64,000 nucleotides of DNA, taken from NCBI GenBank assembly GCA_964016885.1, contig CAXHJY010001659.1, positions 1 through 64,000 on the forward strand, in the 5' to 3' direction. Every line of letters begins with the position of its first letter. Position 1 is the stretch's first letter. The DNA comes from Eledone cirrhosa (Eukaryota). The position numbers and the translations under genes were made by a program. Shown here in pieces: positions 44,098 to 57,237 of the stretch. The notes beneath the pieces are model-generated. The model was not told the origin of the DNA. It saw nothing but the letters and a program-made list of their open reading frames with translations, and did not search any database.

Positions 44098-44496
44098 GGA
44101 AAAAGTATGACCCCGACGACAGAGCTCAAGCCGTTTCGACGGCTATTTCTGGACTATTTCCCACTCTACTACCCTAAGTATTGAGTACTCTGATGCGTTA
44201 TGGTCCATCTGGTTCCTTGCCACAATTCCTTTGTAAATATCTATATCTATCTATCTATCTATCTATCTATCTCTCTATCAGTCGTGTGTCACTTCGCGGA
44301 GAAGTTTCCGTTAATTTATGTAAGGAAAAAACGTGAGTTTTTAGTTCAATTTTATATCATTGTGTAACTTGACCACCCGTCTGGACCTTCAGGTGGTGGG
44401 TCAACTCATTTTCGCCCCTTCAGGGGCGGAATATCCATTTAAAAAATTTTTCTCCATCGAATCTTGGAAAAAATATTGTAAAATTTTGATTACGTT

Positions 44497-46413
44497 ATGA
44501 ACGCTGCGTCCAACGATAATGGTGGTGGAGAGGCGGTAAGACTACAAAGCTCGCAGTCAACAACGTCTTCTTCACTAGATACTATAGAGATGGAAAGACA
44601 AAATGAAAATAAAAAAACGAATTCACATCCAAACAACACAAATGACACCAAACAGCTCAATGACAACAAAAATAACAGCAAAACCAATAATGATGATAAA
44701 AGCAACAATGATAACAACAACAAAGAAAAAAATAATGACAACGCCAATAACACCAGCATCAAAGACAACAACAACACCAAGGAAAATACGGATGATACCA
44801 ACATCGGTGACAACAAGAATAACAACAAGAATAACAACAATAATGACAACACCACCAATACGGATTCCACAAAGAAACCAAAAATCTCCTTTGCGGAGAA
44901 AGTTCAAAAGAAAGAACAATTGATATATCTCGACATAACAAATGCTGAACACCTTTTAAAGGACGCTAAGAGATATGTCACCTTCGAAAAAAATGGTGCT
45001 TTCAGCATCAATTCTCCGGTAGAAATTCGCAAGGAAACTGCTCTCAAAACGATAGTTTTTAGGACAGTTTCCAATTCTACCCGAAAACCAGTCCAATTGT
45101 CACAGAAAGATATTGAACTGGTTTTCAAAGATTCAATGAATGATATTGCATTCATTCAAAGAAGCAAACTTTTTGGGAGTATTTCGGTACTGATGAAGGA
45201 TCAATTGACGGCCCAAAATTACTCTGTGTCGCCAATTGTATCCAACCTGTACACCTTTTTCCCTACATACATGGGAAAAAGGACACAAAAGATCAGAATC
45301 ACAAGTGTCACACCAAAGGTGAACATATGGTGGATACTGTGCGGCTTCATCAATTTTGATGAAGACAGAATACTGTCAGTAGGCAAGTCCCCCAGAGATG
45401 TATTCAATGGGACTAGCATTGAAGTTCTGGTGCAAATGAGCCCAGAGCGAATAGCTATGATCCCACAGCGTGTACTCCTGGACGGACTTACCTACATAAA
45501 CCTTTCGGTTGAGGGTAGGCGGCCTTCATGTTACCATTGCTTTAGCAGGGGTCACCTGAGGGCTTCCTGTCCTAAACTAATGAACCAAAAAAAGGCTCTT
45601 CTGCCAACACCCATCAAAACAACACAACCACCAACACCACCACTACAACAACAACACCAACACACAAAAATAACCACAACAAACACAGTCCCACCCAACC
45701 TCACTCCACCTAAAACCACTGCAAAATCACATACAGACACAACAGCTCCCCAAGACATACCCCTCCCCAATCACACAGACGATACAACAGATGAGGCTAT
45801 CTCGCCATCACCCAGTGAAGACGAGGGAGAACCCCATCGCTCGAAAAGAAAGAAAAGACATCACAAAAGCAAAAAACCAGTAAACACTACCACAAACATA
45901 CAACCACCAACACAAACAACAAAAATATCACAAACAAAACCCCCACTTCCTGAAAACAAAATACCTACAACAAAACGAAAGCACACACAAGAACTACAGA
46001 CAAAAACAAACACAACACAAGAAAATTACACTTACACTTACATAAACACTGAAAACAAAACACTAATGGAGACCATTACGAACGACCCTTCGGTTTTCAC
46101 CGAAGGGAAAACTTTCGCCCACTCTATAAAAAATAGCAAAAAAATGAACCTAAAACTGATTAGGGTCCCTATACAAACTTATAGGTCCCTAAAAGAAACA
46201 TTTGAGAAGGATGTGGGGAATTCCTGCGTGAAACCACTCAACCGCGTCCTTCTCAAATGCCTCCCCACCCCAGACACCCCCATCCCACCAGACCCCACCC
46301 CACCAAACATCTGCGTCCCCACCCCACCGGAAACCACCACCCATCCAGACAACCCCTCCAACACCCCCATGGAAATCGTGCGGCCTGGTCCCCAGGAGGC
46401 GAAGGGTGAGTGA
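44497..46413 (+). CDS. Tx1-type ORF1 (gag-like nucleic-acid-binding protein)
   Basis: 638 aa with Asn-rich N-terminus, zinc knuckle CYHCFSRGHLRASC and Pro/Thr-rich C-terminus. Confidence 0.88.
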   Translation: MNAASNDNGGGEAVRLQSSQSTTSSSLDTIEMERQNENKKTNSHPNNTNDTKQLNDNKNNSKTNNDDKSNNDNNNKEKNNDNANNTSIKDNNNTKENTDDTNIGDNKNNNKNNNNNDNTTNTDSTKKPKISFAEKVQKKEQLIYLDITNAEHLLKDAKRYVTFEKNGAFSINSPVEIRKETALKTIVFRTVSNSTRKPVQLSQKDIELVFKDSMNDIAFIQRSKLFGSISVLMKDQLTAQNYSVSPIVSNLYTFFPTYMGKRTQKIRITSVTPKVNIWWILCGFINFDEDRILSVGKSPRDVFNGTSIEVLVQMSPERIAMIPQRVLLDGLTYINLSVEGRRPSCYHCFSRGHLRASCPKLMNQKKALLPTPIKTTQPPTPPLQQQHQHTKITTTNTVPPNLTPPKTTAKSHTDTTAPQDIPLPNHTDDTTDEAISPSPSEDEGEPHRSKRKKRHHKSKKPVNTTTNIQPPTQTTKISQTKPPLPENKIPTTKRKHTQELQTKTNTTQENYTYTYINTENKTLMETITNDPSVFTEGKTFAHSIKNSKKMNLKLIRVPIQTYRSLKETFEKDVGNSCVKPLNRVLLKCLPTPDTPIPPDPTPPNICVPTPPETTTHPDNPSNTPMEIVRPGPQEAKGE

Positions 46414-46446
46414 TCTCTTTTCCTCTTTTAACTTTTCAGCACCAAC

Positions 46447-49400
46447 ATGGCCAATATAAGAGTTGGATGTGTGAATGTACGCGGCCTGGGGATGCCCTGG
46501 AAACAGGGCAAACTCTTAAACGACCTCAGGTCGCACAGTTTGGATGTGGTAGCCATTTGCGAGTCCAGGATCCACGGCGAGCGACAGCTGGCCCCCATCT
46601 TCGATGACTTTGAGATCTACGCATCTCTCTGTCAACCGGGGGGTGGGGGCGGAGTTGCCGTTTTGCTGCGGAAACACCTGGGCCTCGTAACACAGACGGT
46701 ACATCTGGACCCGGAGGGTCGACTGGTGGTCCTAGACGTTGACGGTAGTGAAGGTGGAGCGTTCAGGCTGGTGGCCGCATATGCCCCATCCGGGACACCG
46801 CGGCCAGACTTCTTCAAACGTCTAGAGACTTTTCTGGGAACGTCCCGCTCCTTGCTTTTAGTGGGGGACTGGAATGGAATCCTAGATGCACGTTGGGACT
46901 ATGTGGGAGCATGTCCCGATAAAGGGGGGTGTAACAGCCTCAAACAGTTAATCGACCGATTTGACCTGGCCGATAGATATCGACTAGATTTTCCGACTGC
47001 GCCACTGTGGACGTGGAGTAATCGTAGCGGAACATCTAGATCGTACCTAGATAGGGTTCTAGTTAGAAATAAGGATAGGGACATGTTAAGCTGTCCACAA
47101 ATGTTCATGGTTGCCTATTCAGATCACAAACTAGTGACCTGCATGGCCAACCTTGATAGAACCCATAGACAAGGACCCGGCTACTGGAAGCTGAACTTGT
47201 CGTTACCGACAAGCAAAGCCTACAGTAGACGGATTAGCACTTTAGTTAAACAGCACTTGACAGGGGCCATTGTCAACAACAGATGGTGGTACTCTCTCAA
47301 GAGGGCAGTTAGATTAGACTCGATAGTTTTTAGTAAAGAATTAGCGTTAGATAGAAATAGAACCGAGAAGGAACTGGTAGATAAAGTAGAAGAGGCAATT
47401 AGAAGTGGCAACGTAGCCAGCGTGCTAGCAACGAGAACGGCCTTGGACCAGTTCTTCGACGCAAAGCACGAGGGCTGCGTTGTCAGAAGCAAAATACGTG
47501 CTCTGGGAAACGAGGGAGCCAAAGCTGTTAGCTGGGCCCGAGTGACGGAGGCAAAAAGTGGCAACAAGTCCACGATTCGGTCTTTGAAGGACCAAAACGG
47601 ACGCGTGATACGTGAGCCGAAGCAGATGTGTGCGGCTTTTCAGCGGCACTTTGCTCGGCTGTTCGGGGGGAGCGGCGCGCCGGGAGAGGCTATGGATTTC
47701 GGTCCATACCTCGACGGCCTACCGCGACTCTCGGACAGCGAGGCGAAGTTCTGCGAAAAGCCGATTTCAGCCACTGAGATAGGGGACGCGCTGAGCCAAT
47801 GCGGCAAACGCAAATCTCCAGGTCTCGACGGTCTACCCTACGAATTTTACGTAGCAATGCCGGACTTATTCTCCGGTCTCCTGGAAGCGGTCTACTGCAA
47901 CTGGCAACAGAACGGGAGAATTCCCAGTTCTGTAACCGGGGGCGTGGTCACACTAATCAGGAAGGACGAGAATAAGGGGGATGACATAGGCAACTTCCGG
48001 CCCATAACTCTGCTAAACACAGAGTTACAGATTTTGGCCAAGGTGTTGGCAAAGAGGCTGGCGCTTGTCGTCGAGAACCTGGTGGGAGAAGCGCAGACAT
48101 GCGCGATCCCGACCAGGTCCATACACGACAACCTCCACCTCATGCGATACATCATAGAGAGGGTAGGGTGTAAACCCGGCTTCGGTGGGGCCCTGATCAA
48201 CTTGGATCAGTCTAAGGCTTTCGATAGGGTTGACCATCGTTACCTGGATGCGGTGCTCGAGGCGGCAGGCTTCGGACCCGTGTTCAGGGGCTGGATTGCT
48301 GCAATGCACAACAGCAACATCTGCTCAAGGGTCAAGGTGAACGGTTACCTCTCGGAGCCGTTCCATATTACGCGATCCATTCGACAGGGATGCCCTCTCT
48401 CCTCCCTTCTGTACGTACTGACTCTCGAGCCACTACTGCGGAAGCTGGAGCTATTGCAGGGCATCCCTCTGGAACCGGGACTGCGGAAAGCGGCGTCGGC
48501 CTACGCCGACGACGTGACAGTAATGGTGTCGAGCGCCTCGCAAATCGAGGAAGTCGGCACCTTACTAAAGGAATACGAAAGTCTCACAGGAGCGAAGCTG
48601 AACCGGGACAAGTCCATCGGTTTGCAACTCGGATCGTGGAGAGGCAGACCGATGCCTTCCGATGGCGTCGTCGGACGCTGGACGGAAGGACCGGTAAAGC
48701 TGCTCGGGGTCTGGTTTGGTCCGGACCTCCAGGTGGAGAAGAACTGGAACGAAGTGACGGCCAAGGTGTTTGCACTCACCCAGAAGTGGGCCGAGTGCAA
48801 ACTATCCTTGAAAGGTCGAGCGGAGGTGGCGAACACTTTTATAGCGTCCGCCATCTACTACCGCTTGACCGTCGTGCCTTGTCCAGCCAAAACGCTCGCC
48901 AAAATGGAGCGCGCCCTCTTCCGATTCCTTTGGAAGAGGCGGGCTCCTTTGGTAAGAAGATCCATCTGCTGCCAACACCCTTCTAACGGAGGGCTGGGGA
49001 TGCCGTGGTTGACGATGCGCAAACACGCGCTCAGGCTGCGGCATCTCTACGTATTCCTCACCGGACAACCGGTGTGGGCCCCGTTCGTGAGGCGAGCCTT
49101 CCCACGACTCGTCTCGCTGACCGAGCTGCAGTCCTGGGTCAAGCAGAGACCGAGGAAAATGGGCGACTGGCACATCGAATGTGCTCAGGCGCTCACAGCC
49201 CTCTGGCAGGCGGACCCGGCGATCAGTGGAGACTCCACTTCGTCATTCTATAGAGGGTTGGTCCGCAGCAAGTGCGACGACGCGCTCGGTGAAACTCTAG
49301 GCGTGGAGGAAGATGAACTGGCCAGTCTGTTCGGTAGGACCTTCCGCCCGGGACCGATGGACAACTTCCAAAAGTCCCTGGCCTGGCAGTGCTACCGAGG

Positions 49401-49884
49401 AGCTCTACCAGTTCGAGACAAGCTCTACAGACATGGGCGCCCGGGCAGGGACCCTGCAAAAAAGATCTGTCCGAGGTGCGTGCGAGACGAAGAAACCGTC
49501 GCGCACGCATTCATACACTGCCCGGGCGTCACTGACCTGTGGGGCTATGTAGAACGACTATTGTCGCGGGTGGGACCAATCCAGTTGACCACCGAGTCCA
49601 TTGTCATGATCAAACCGCCACCCTCCTTCAAAAACGAAGGAGAGGCGGTTTTCCTTTGTGTGATAGCTATGGCGAAAGAGGTTGTATGGTGGACAAGGTT
49701 GAAAGGGCTGAGGTCAGACACCTTTCTCTCCGGCCAACAACTGATTCTTTTTTTCAAATACCACTTTGGAAGAAGAATCAGGATGGAGAGAGAGGTGCTG
49801 TACCCCAGCAAGTTTTATGAAAGGTGGGTGAAAGTGGCGAGAATGGCCCGAGTGAATGGGCCTTCTCTCTATATCAGCCTGTAG
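46447..49884 (+). CDS. ORF2: APE endonuclease + reverse transcriptase + C-terminal zinc finger
   Basis: NVRGL, GDWN, YLDR, SDHK (APE); KSPGLDG, FRPITLLN, DQSKAFD, QGCPLS, YADD (RT); CPRC..ETVAHAFIHC. Confidence 0.96.
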   Translation: MANIRVGCVNVRGLGMPWKQGKLLNDLRSHSLDVVAICESRIHGERQLAPIFDDFEIYASLCQPGGGGGVAVLLRKHLGLVTQTVHLDPEGRLVVLDVDGSEGGAFRLVAAYAPSGTPRPDFFKRLETFLGTSRSLLLVGDWNGILDARWDYVGACPDKGGCNSLKQLIDRFDLADRYRLDFPTAPLWTWSNRSGTSRSYLDRVLVRNKDRDMLSCPQMFMVAYSDHKLVTCMANLDRTHRQGPGYWKLNLSLPTSKAYSRRISTLVKQHLTGAIVNNRWWYSLKRAVRLDSIVFSKELALDRNRTEKELVDKVEEAIRSGNVASVLATRTALDQFFDAKHEGCVVRSKIRALGNEGAKAVSWARVTEAKSGNKSTIRSLKDQNGRVIREPKQMCAAFQRHFARLFGGSGAPGEAMDFGPYLDGLPRLSDSEAKFCEKPISATEIGDALSQCGKRKSPGLDGLPYEFYVAMPDLFSGLLEAVYCNWQQNGRIPSSVTGGVVTLIRKDENKGDDIGNFRPITLLNTELQILAKVLAKRLALVVENLVGEAQTCAIPTRSIHDNLHLMRYIIERVGCKPGFGGALINLDQSKAFDRVDHRYLDAVLEAAGFGPVFRGWIAAMHNSNICSRVKVNGYLSEPFHITRSIRQGCPLSSLLYVLTLEPLLRKLELLQGIPLEPGLRKAASAYADDVTVMVSSASQIEEVGTLLKEYESLTGAKLNRDKSIGLQLGSWRGRPMPSDGVVGRWTEGPVKLLGVWFGPDLQVEKNWNEVTAKVFALTQKWAECKLSLKGRAEVANTFIASAIYYRLTVVPCPAKTLAKMERALFRFLWKRRAPLVRRSICCQHPSNGGLGMPWLTMRKHALRLRHLYVFLTGQPVWAPFVRRAFPRLVSLTELQSWVKQRPRKMGDWHIECAQALTALWQADPAISGDSTSSFYRGLVRSKCDDALGETLGVEEDELASLFGRTFRPGPMDNFQKSLAWQCYRGALPVRDKLYRHGRPGRDPAKKICPRCVRDEETVAHAFIHCPGVTDLWGYVERLLSRVGPIQLTTESIVMIKPPPSFKNEGEAVFLCVIAMAKEVVWWTRLKGLRSDTFLSGQQLILFFKYHFGRRIRMEREVLYPSKFYERWVKVARMARVNGPSLYISL

Positions 49885-50145
49885 GTTGAGGAAAAGGAGG
49901 AGGAGAGGAAAGGAGTACAAGCTCTTCGTACTCCTGGAGATGAGGGTTGCACATTTTTTTCGGGGGTCTGTGTTACCCATATAAACTGTCTCCCTCTATT
50001 GGGGAAAATCGACTAACTTTTAAATTCCATCTGTGATAACATTTTACACGTTTTTATTGTATGTAAACTTCCCCCTTTGTATTTGTCCCCTTCTTTTGTG
50101 CCCCTGTGGCTAATAAAGAAATATATCTATCTATCTATCTATCTA

Positions 50146-50187
<42 letters not shown>

Positions 50188-50450
50188 CATACATATATAC
50201 ATACACACACACACATTCATGCACGTACACACACACATACTACCGCTACTTTGATAAAAAAAACTAAAAACTAAAAGCAAAGAACCAAATAAAAACAACC
50301 AAATGAAAAGAAAAAAAAAACGTGTATAGAAACATTGTATCATATGCAACATGTATAGGTAAAACACAGCCGAAACTATGGAGAATATTGAAGCAATGCA
50401 GAATAGAATTAGCATTGTATGAAGTAGTTCAGTGATGGGTGTAAAAACAG

Positions 50451-50614
<164 letters not shown>

Positions 50615-50650
50615 CATGAAAACAGGGAGAAAAAGACGATTATGACATTT

Positions 50651-50716
<66 letters not shown>

Positions 50717-50894
50717 ATAAATATATATATATATACATATATATACATACATATATATATATACATACATCTGTACACATATATATATATATACATAATC
50801 ATACATTAGATATATATACACACCGACATATATAAGTTTATGTATATATATACGCATATATACATATATACACATATATATGTACATAAATATG

Positions 50895-50966
<72 letters not shown>

Positions 50967-51514
50967 CAAAGAAAACAAAACACAAGAAATATAACTGGTT
51001 AAGCTGCCAAATGTTTTGGACATTGGCATGCAGAGTTGTTAAAGAGAATGTGCTGCTATTTAGGAGGTACGAATATATAAAACAAGTCAGCTAAAATATA
51101 AATGTTACCTTCTATATACCTACGTAACATAACGTAAAGCAGAACTTTGTGTGGCTAAAACGAGAGGAGAATTTACAAGTACGTTTTGACAATAAAACAA
51201 TATGGGAAAAGAAGCCAATAAATTTGAGTGACGTTAACTGGGCTAGGCGAAAAATATATTGATTTCGTGTGGTTTTTCTATCGAATTGTTAACATAGTCA
51301 TCTGTTCTGTCTACTAGCGTCTAAAAATTTACTTCGTCCGTCCGCCGTATTGCTTTATGTTAGATATACGTAAGATTTGTCATGTTCATTTTTTTATTTT
51401 TATTTTTGTCTAATTTTCCTTCCAAATCATTCTTCTATGATATGACAAAAAACATCAAGAACAATAAATAGCAGTAGGAGTGGTAATAATAATAATAATT
51501 CTCATTGATACATA

Positions 51515-51601
<87 letters not shown>

Positions 51602-51606
51602 ACCCC

Positions 51607-51668
<62 letters not shown>

Positions 51669-52537
51669 GTAATTCCAACATCTGGAAGTAGCTTTATCAA
51701 GTCTATACATTTATCACGCAATAGTTATTTTGATATGCATACAAGCTTATACATACGTACATACAAGCTTATACATACATACATACATACATACATACAT
51801 ACATACATACATACACACATACATACATACATACATACATACATACATACATAAATAAATGCATACATACATAACTTTGATAAATTTTGGCCGATGTTAG
51901 CCTAAGCCATGTCTAACATAATAATATGTATATATAGATAGGTGTAAATCCCATAGTCATTCGTGGCCGAAGTGAAGTCTTTATATGTATGTATATATAT
52001 ATATATATCTATATATATTTAGTCCAAACCTGAGGGGTCTCTTGATAAGCTCTAAGCCCCATGGATAATACCAAGATCGGACATATCCACAAACTACGAG
52101 CGAAACTATCGATAGTCTGGACTAGAGGAATTTTGGTAAAGTTTATATGCATTTTTTCTTCTAACTTATATTTTAGACTTAGCTCCGTTTAATTGATTAT
52201 TTGTCTAGTTAATTTCTACGGACTAAGAGGAAAGACTGGATAAATTTTATCTGACTGTTCCTCGCGGAAAATAGTCTGTGTCGTTTATCTATTATTTCTT
52301 CATAGTTACATTTTAAACTTATAACTCCGTTTAAATGATTATTTATCTAGTTGATTTCTACGGACTAGGGTGAAGAAAGACTGGATATATTTTATCTAAT
52401 AATTCTTCAAACTTTCAATTTTATATATATATATATAGTTAGCAATATGCAGCATAGCAATATAAGGTTGCACTTACCAATGAAACGGTCGTAAATACCT
52501 GGATAAAATCCTTCTCTTAATGCTTACCTGTGTTTTC

Positions 52538-52638
<101 letters not shown>

Positions 52639-53125
52639 GTTCGATTTGTTATATCTTCATTACGTTTATTGAGTAATGACAGCGCGTTTCTCTATTGATC
52701 AGCTCAAGGTTCAATCTGTACCGATCTGGCCCGACTCTGGAATCAAAAGCTCGTCGGACCTCTGTTGTGGTAATGACAGAATGAACCGCTTAGGGCTTTG
52801 AAATAGTATATAACGATTCACATTCATTTATGGTGGTCATTTTAAATTTCTTTTGATTGGTGGTGATTTTTCTAGAAGGAATGTTTGGGCATGTGTGATA
52901 GGTGAGGGGGAGAATTATAATGAATCCCTAAATATCTAATCAGATTAGAGCAAACATCACGGACACTCTATCTCAAAATTATTTTTGAAAAGCATTAGAA
53001 ATGCGCAACCGGTAAAACTTAAAACCAAAACTGAATACTAACCAATACTATTACTAATTCTCACTTATTCCTAATTAAACTATTTTTCACTGTGAACAAT
53101 TTGTCAGCATTTTCTTTTCCGTTTA

Positions 53126-53161
<36 letters not shown>

Positions 53162-53450
53162 AAAAGATTCAGGACCCTGACGACTGAGCTCCGGGTGTTT
53201 CGACAGCTAGTTCTGAACTCAGACACAGCTGTCGAATAGGCCGGAACTTAGCCGTCCGGGTCCTGACTTTTTTCCTGTTACCCACTCTACTACCCAGTAT
53301 CGAGTACTTTGGTACGTTATGGTCCACCTGCTTACTTATCACACTTCATTCGTTTTAAATATATATATATATATATATACATATATGTATATATATATAT
53401 TGTTATACACGATTTCAGATAAAGAATCTTGCTAAACAAATTCAGAAACG

Positions 53451-53489
<39 letters not shown>

Positions 53490-53493
<4 letters not shown>

Positions 53494-54184
53494 TAGTATA
53501 TCTACCAACATATGTATACAGATGTATACCCATGCTAGCAAATATATATGTTTTGTCTTAGTACCTTTGTGGTTCTATGCAGGGGGATGCAGAACAATTA
53601 TATGAAAGACGTAAAATAAGAAAATTTTAAAAATTAAAAATTAACTTACTTACTAAAATTTTCACTCCAACTAATTAATTTCTGTAAGGGGATAAATATA
53701 GTTAAGTAACGTAACTATAGAGAATTCCTTACGTCATCAGGGAGTCTATTCTCAGCTAAGTTCCCAGGCAATGCGCGGACACTAGGAACCCATATAAAAA
53801 TAATAATTCAGTGGATGGAATAAAGCTAGCGGGGACTAAATTCCAAAGCACTGAAAAAATTCACTGCCTCCTTGGTCAGTGGCAGATTCTAAAGAATCAA
53901 TCACGTGACACTGAGGTTAATCAGTGAGGAGTGGGGTGGTATTATGACAAGAGCCTACTACTACCATGAATCACAGTTATTATTTTTATATGGGTTCCTA
54001 GTGTCCGCGCTTTGCCCGGGAACTTAGCTGAGAATAGACTCCCTGATGACGTAAGGAATTCTCTATAGTTACGTTACGTAACTATATTTATCCCCTTACA
54101 GAAACTAATTAGTTGGAGTGAAAATTTTAGTAAGTAAGTTAATTTTTAAATTTTAAAATTTTCTTATTTTACGTCTTTCATATA
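53490..54184. mobile_element. Fold-back element with ~210 bp inverted arms, each carrying an HHR
   Basis: 53600-53808 mirrors 53977-54184. Confidence 0.8.
54038..54119 (+). ncRNA. Type I hammerhead (mirror copy 53664-53745 on -)
   Basis: ACTCC CTGATGA C GTAAGG...CCTTAC A GAAA CTAATTAG TT GGAGT. Confidence 0.78.
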
Positions 54185-54260
54185 TATATACACACACACA
54201 GAAACAAAATGGCGTAGGACAGAACAAAGGAGAGGCACAGAAACAAAGAAAGGAATCCCC

Positions 54261-54305
54261 AGTCACTGAAGAGGTCACAGAGTGTGTGACGAAAGAACTA
54301 TGACT
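54261..54305 (+). ncRNA. Type I hammerhead (GTCACA-stem family, copy 3) in element 54205-54517
   Basis: AGTCA CTGAAGA G GTCACA gagtg TGTGAC GAAA GAAC TA TGACT. Confidence 0.8.
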
Positions 54306-54533
54306 ATATATAAACAACTATCTGGTTGTGGAACCAACCAACCAACCAGAAATTTATAAATTTATAAATTTATTATAAATTTATTATAATAAATTGAAGT
54401 GAAAGCAACTGGTGCGTGTGTTTCATATTGGCAACATGACCCTCCCAAAGTATAACAATATCGGTTTCAACACACGATTTTAGATAAAGAATCTTGCTAA
54501 ACAAATTCAGAAACGAAATATATAAAGATATAT

Positions 54534-55794
54534 TTCTATTTATTGCCACGAGGGCGCAAAAGAAGGGGACAAATACAAGGGGGGATTTTACACAAAAAGG
54601 CGAGTAAAGAAAACAAATAACAAATATAAAATTAACAATAAAGTCCTCAATAGGGAGGAAGCGTTTTGAGGGTCGCGCACACCCCCGAAAAAAGAGTGCA
54701 ACCCTTCTCCTCAGGAGCACAGAGAGAGGGTGCTCCCTCGCTGCTTCATCTTTTCCATCTACAGGCTGATGTAGAGAGAAGGCCCATTCACACGGGCCAT
54801 TCTCGCCACTTCACCCACCTTTCATAAAAACGACTGGGGTGGAGCACCTCTCTCTCCATCCTGATCCTTCTTCCGAAATGATATCGGAAGAAACGGATCA
54901 GTTGTTGGCCAGAGAGAAAGGTGTCTGACCTCAGTCCTTTCAGACGCGTCCACCATACAACCTCTTTCACTATGGCTATTACGCACAGAAACACCGCCTC
55001 TCCTTCATTTTTGAAGGGGGGAGGCGGCTTAACCGTTACAATGGCTTCGGTGGTCAACCGGATCGGTCCCACCCGTGACAGCAGTCGTTCAACATAGCTC
55101 CACCAATCGGCTACGCGCGAGCAGTGTACCAATGCGTGTGCAACGGTTTCCTCGTCGCACACGCATCTGGGACAGATCTTTTTGGCGGGATCCCTACCCG
55201 GGCGCCCGTGTCTGTAGAGCTTTTCTCGAACGGGTAGAGCCCCTCAGTAGCACTGCCAGGCTAGGGACTTCTGGAAGTTGTCCATAGGTCCCGGGCTGAA
55301 TGTCCTACCGAACAGGCTGGCCAGTTCGTCTTCCTCCATGTCTAGGGCTTCTCCGAGGGCGTCGTCGCACCTGCTGCGTAACATCCCTCTATAGAATGTC
55401 GAGGTGGAGTCTCCACTTATAACCGGGTCCGCTTGCCAGAGGGCCGTGAGCGCCTGGGCACACTCAGTGTGCCAGGCGCCCAGTTTTCTCGGTCTTTGCT
55501 TGACCCAGGATTTCAGCTCGGTGAGTGAGACGAGTCTGGGAAAGGTTCGTCTCACAAACCGGGCCCACACCGGTTGACCGGTGAGGAATACGTGGAGGTG
55601 CCGTAGCCTTAATGCGTGTTTATGCATCATTAGCCACGGCATACCCAGCCCTCCTTTCGAAGGGTGTTGACAGCAGATGGATCTCCTCACCAAAGGAGCC
55701 CGCTTCTTCCAAAGAAATTGGAAGAGTGCGCGCTCCATCTTGGCGAGTGTTTCTCTTGGGCAAGGTACGACGGTCAGGCGGTAGTAGATGACGG
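54534..55794 (-). mobile_element. 5'-truncated, frameshifted Tx1 relative with 16 bp TSD
   Basis: ORF2 C-terminus is homologous to 48850-49884. ATATATAAAGATATAT occurs at 54518-54533 and 55795-55810. Confidence 0.9.
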
Positions 55795-55802
55795 ATATAT
55801 AA

Positions 55803-55933
<131 letters not shown>

Positions 55934-57169
55934 TATATATAAAGGTTACCGTTTAACATAACATAACCGGAAAACTAGCTCAACGATATATTGCAAAAAT
56001 AAAAAAAAAACAATACCTCAACGATATACTGCAAAAAAAAAAAAGGAAACAAAATGCCAACAAGAACACTGATGGGAACACACAACAGAAATTGTAGCTA
56101 ATTTTGCCTCAAATTACACAATAGCTTTTAATGAATTGCTTGACGCTCCTGAAAATGACTTGACGATTGGGGCTGAAATGATACAATATAAACAACATTG
56201 ATTACATTCTTCCAACTACGTGTATGTATTGGTTAATTTTTCTAACAATATAGAAAGCGTCGGTTTGGAATGCTTAGCCGTACTTATTCGGGTTCTAGCA
56301 GACTTCTTATACACCTCTATTATGAATCACGCTATATTAGTGTTACTACTAATTAATCATAGCTATGTAAAGCATGCACTATATGCAAATTAATTCACAG
56401 GCATATGTTTTATATTGAAAATGTATATAAGCTATAGCTTATTCTTCTTTCAGTACCGAGTGAGTAAACGTCACTGTTGATGGCTCAACAAATACCGAAA
56501 CAACAATGTATGGTCTCACACGGCAACTAAGAGAGCTGTGACATGATCACAATTTAAAACATTCACAACGAAACTTCATTATTTATTACATATAAACATC
56601 TATAAACCTTGGTATATTAGTGTTACAGCTAATATATATATCCACACATATATATATATATGCAAATATATATATCCATATATACATACACCCCCACCAC
56701 ACACCCATATATATAATATATATCATATACATGGTGGCTGCCAACTCGTTTTCGAGTACGGCCACTACTTTATATCCATGTAGGAGAATCCCTACCGATG
56801 CGCTGAACGAGTGTGACTTTTTAGTCCAGCCAGCGACTTGAAAACTCTGGTACAAACACTACACCTGTGACAATTATTGACACATAGTGCTGGGCCCATG
56901 GTACCCTGTGACGACAAGTGCAGAGAGATCTCCAGATATAAAGCAATGCCTGTGCCGTGAAGCTTTTATAGTGAGCAAAGGCACTGCACAAAGCCAGTCC
57001 CACTCTCTTAACCAAGATGATATTTACCAAAAAGAAGAACAAGTCAACATCATTGGTAACCACCAGGGTTGCAGGTGTTATATCAGAGTTTTCCTTCTCC
57101 TAGAATTCTGCCTTAACAAAGGCTAAGGGGTCATCTCTCCCCATACATACATACATACATACATACATA

Positions 57170-57237
<68 letters not shown>

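Larger units (their letters stand above)
44279..50120 (+). mobile_element. Full-length intact Tx1-clade (L1 group) non-LTR retrotransposon inserted in a (TATC)n/(TA)n microsatellite
   Basis: Two open ORFs, 3' AATAAA, (TATC)n on both flanks. Confidence 0.92.

Noticed and set aside
46406-46439. GTGAGT...CAG mini-intron fusing Tx1 ORF1 to ORF2
   Set aside because: Only 34 nt long, and the spliced product is out of frame with ORF2.
53171-53200. GGACC CTGACGA as an intact HHR 5' half in family H
   Set aside because: It is the mutated reverse complement of the GTCGGGGTCC arm, and no valid stem II follows.
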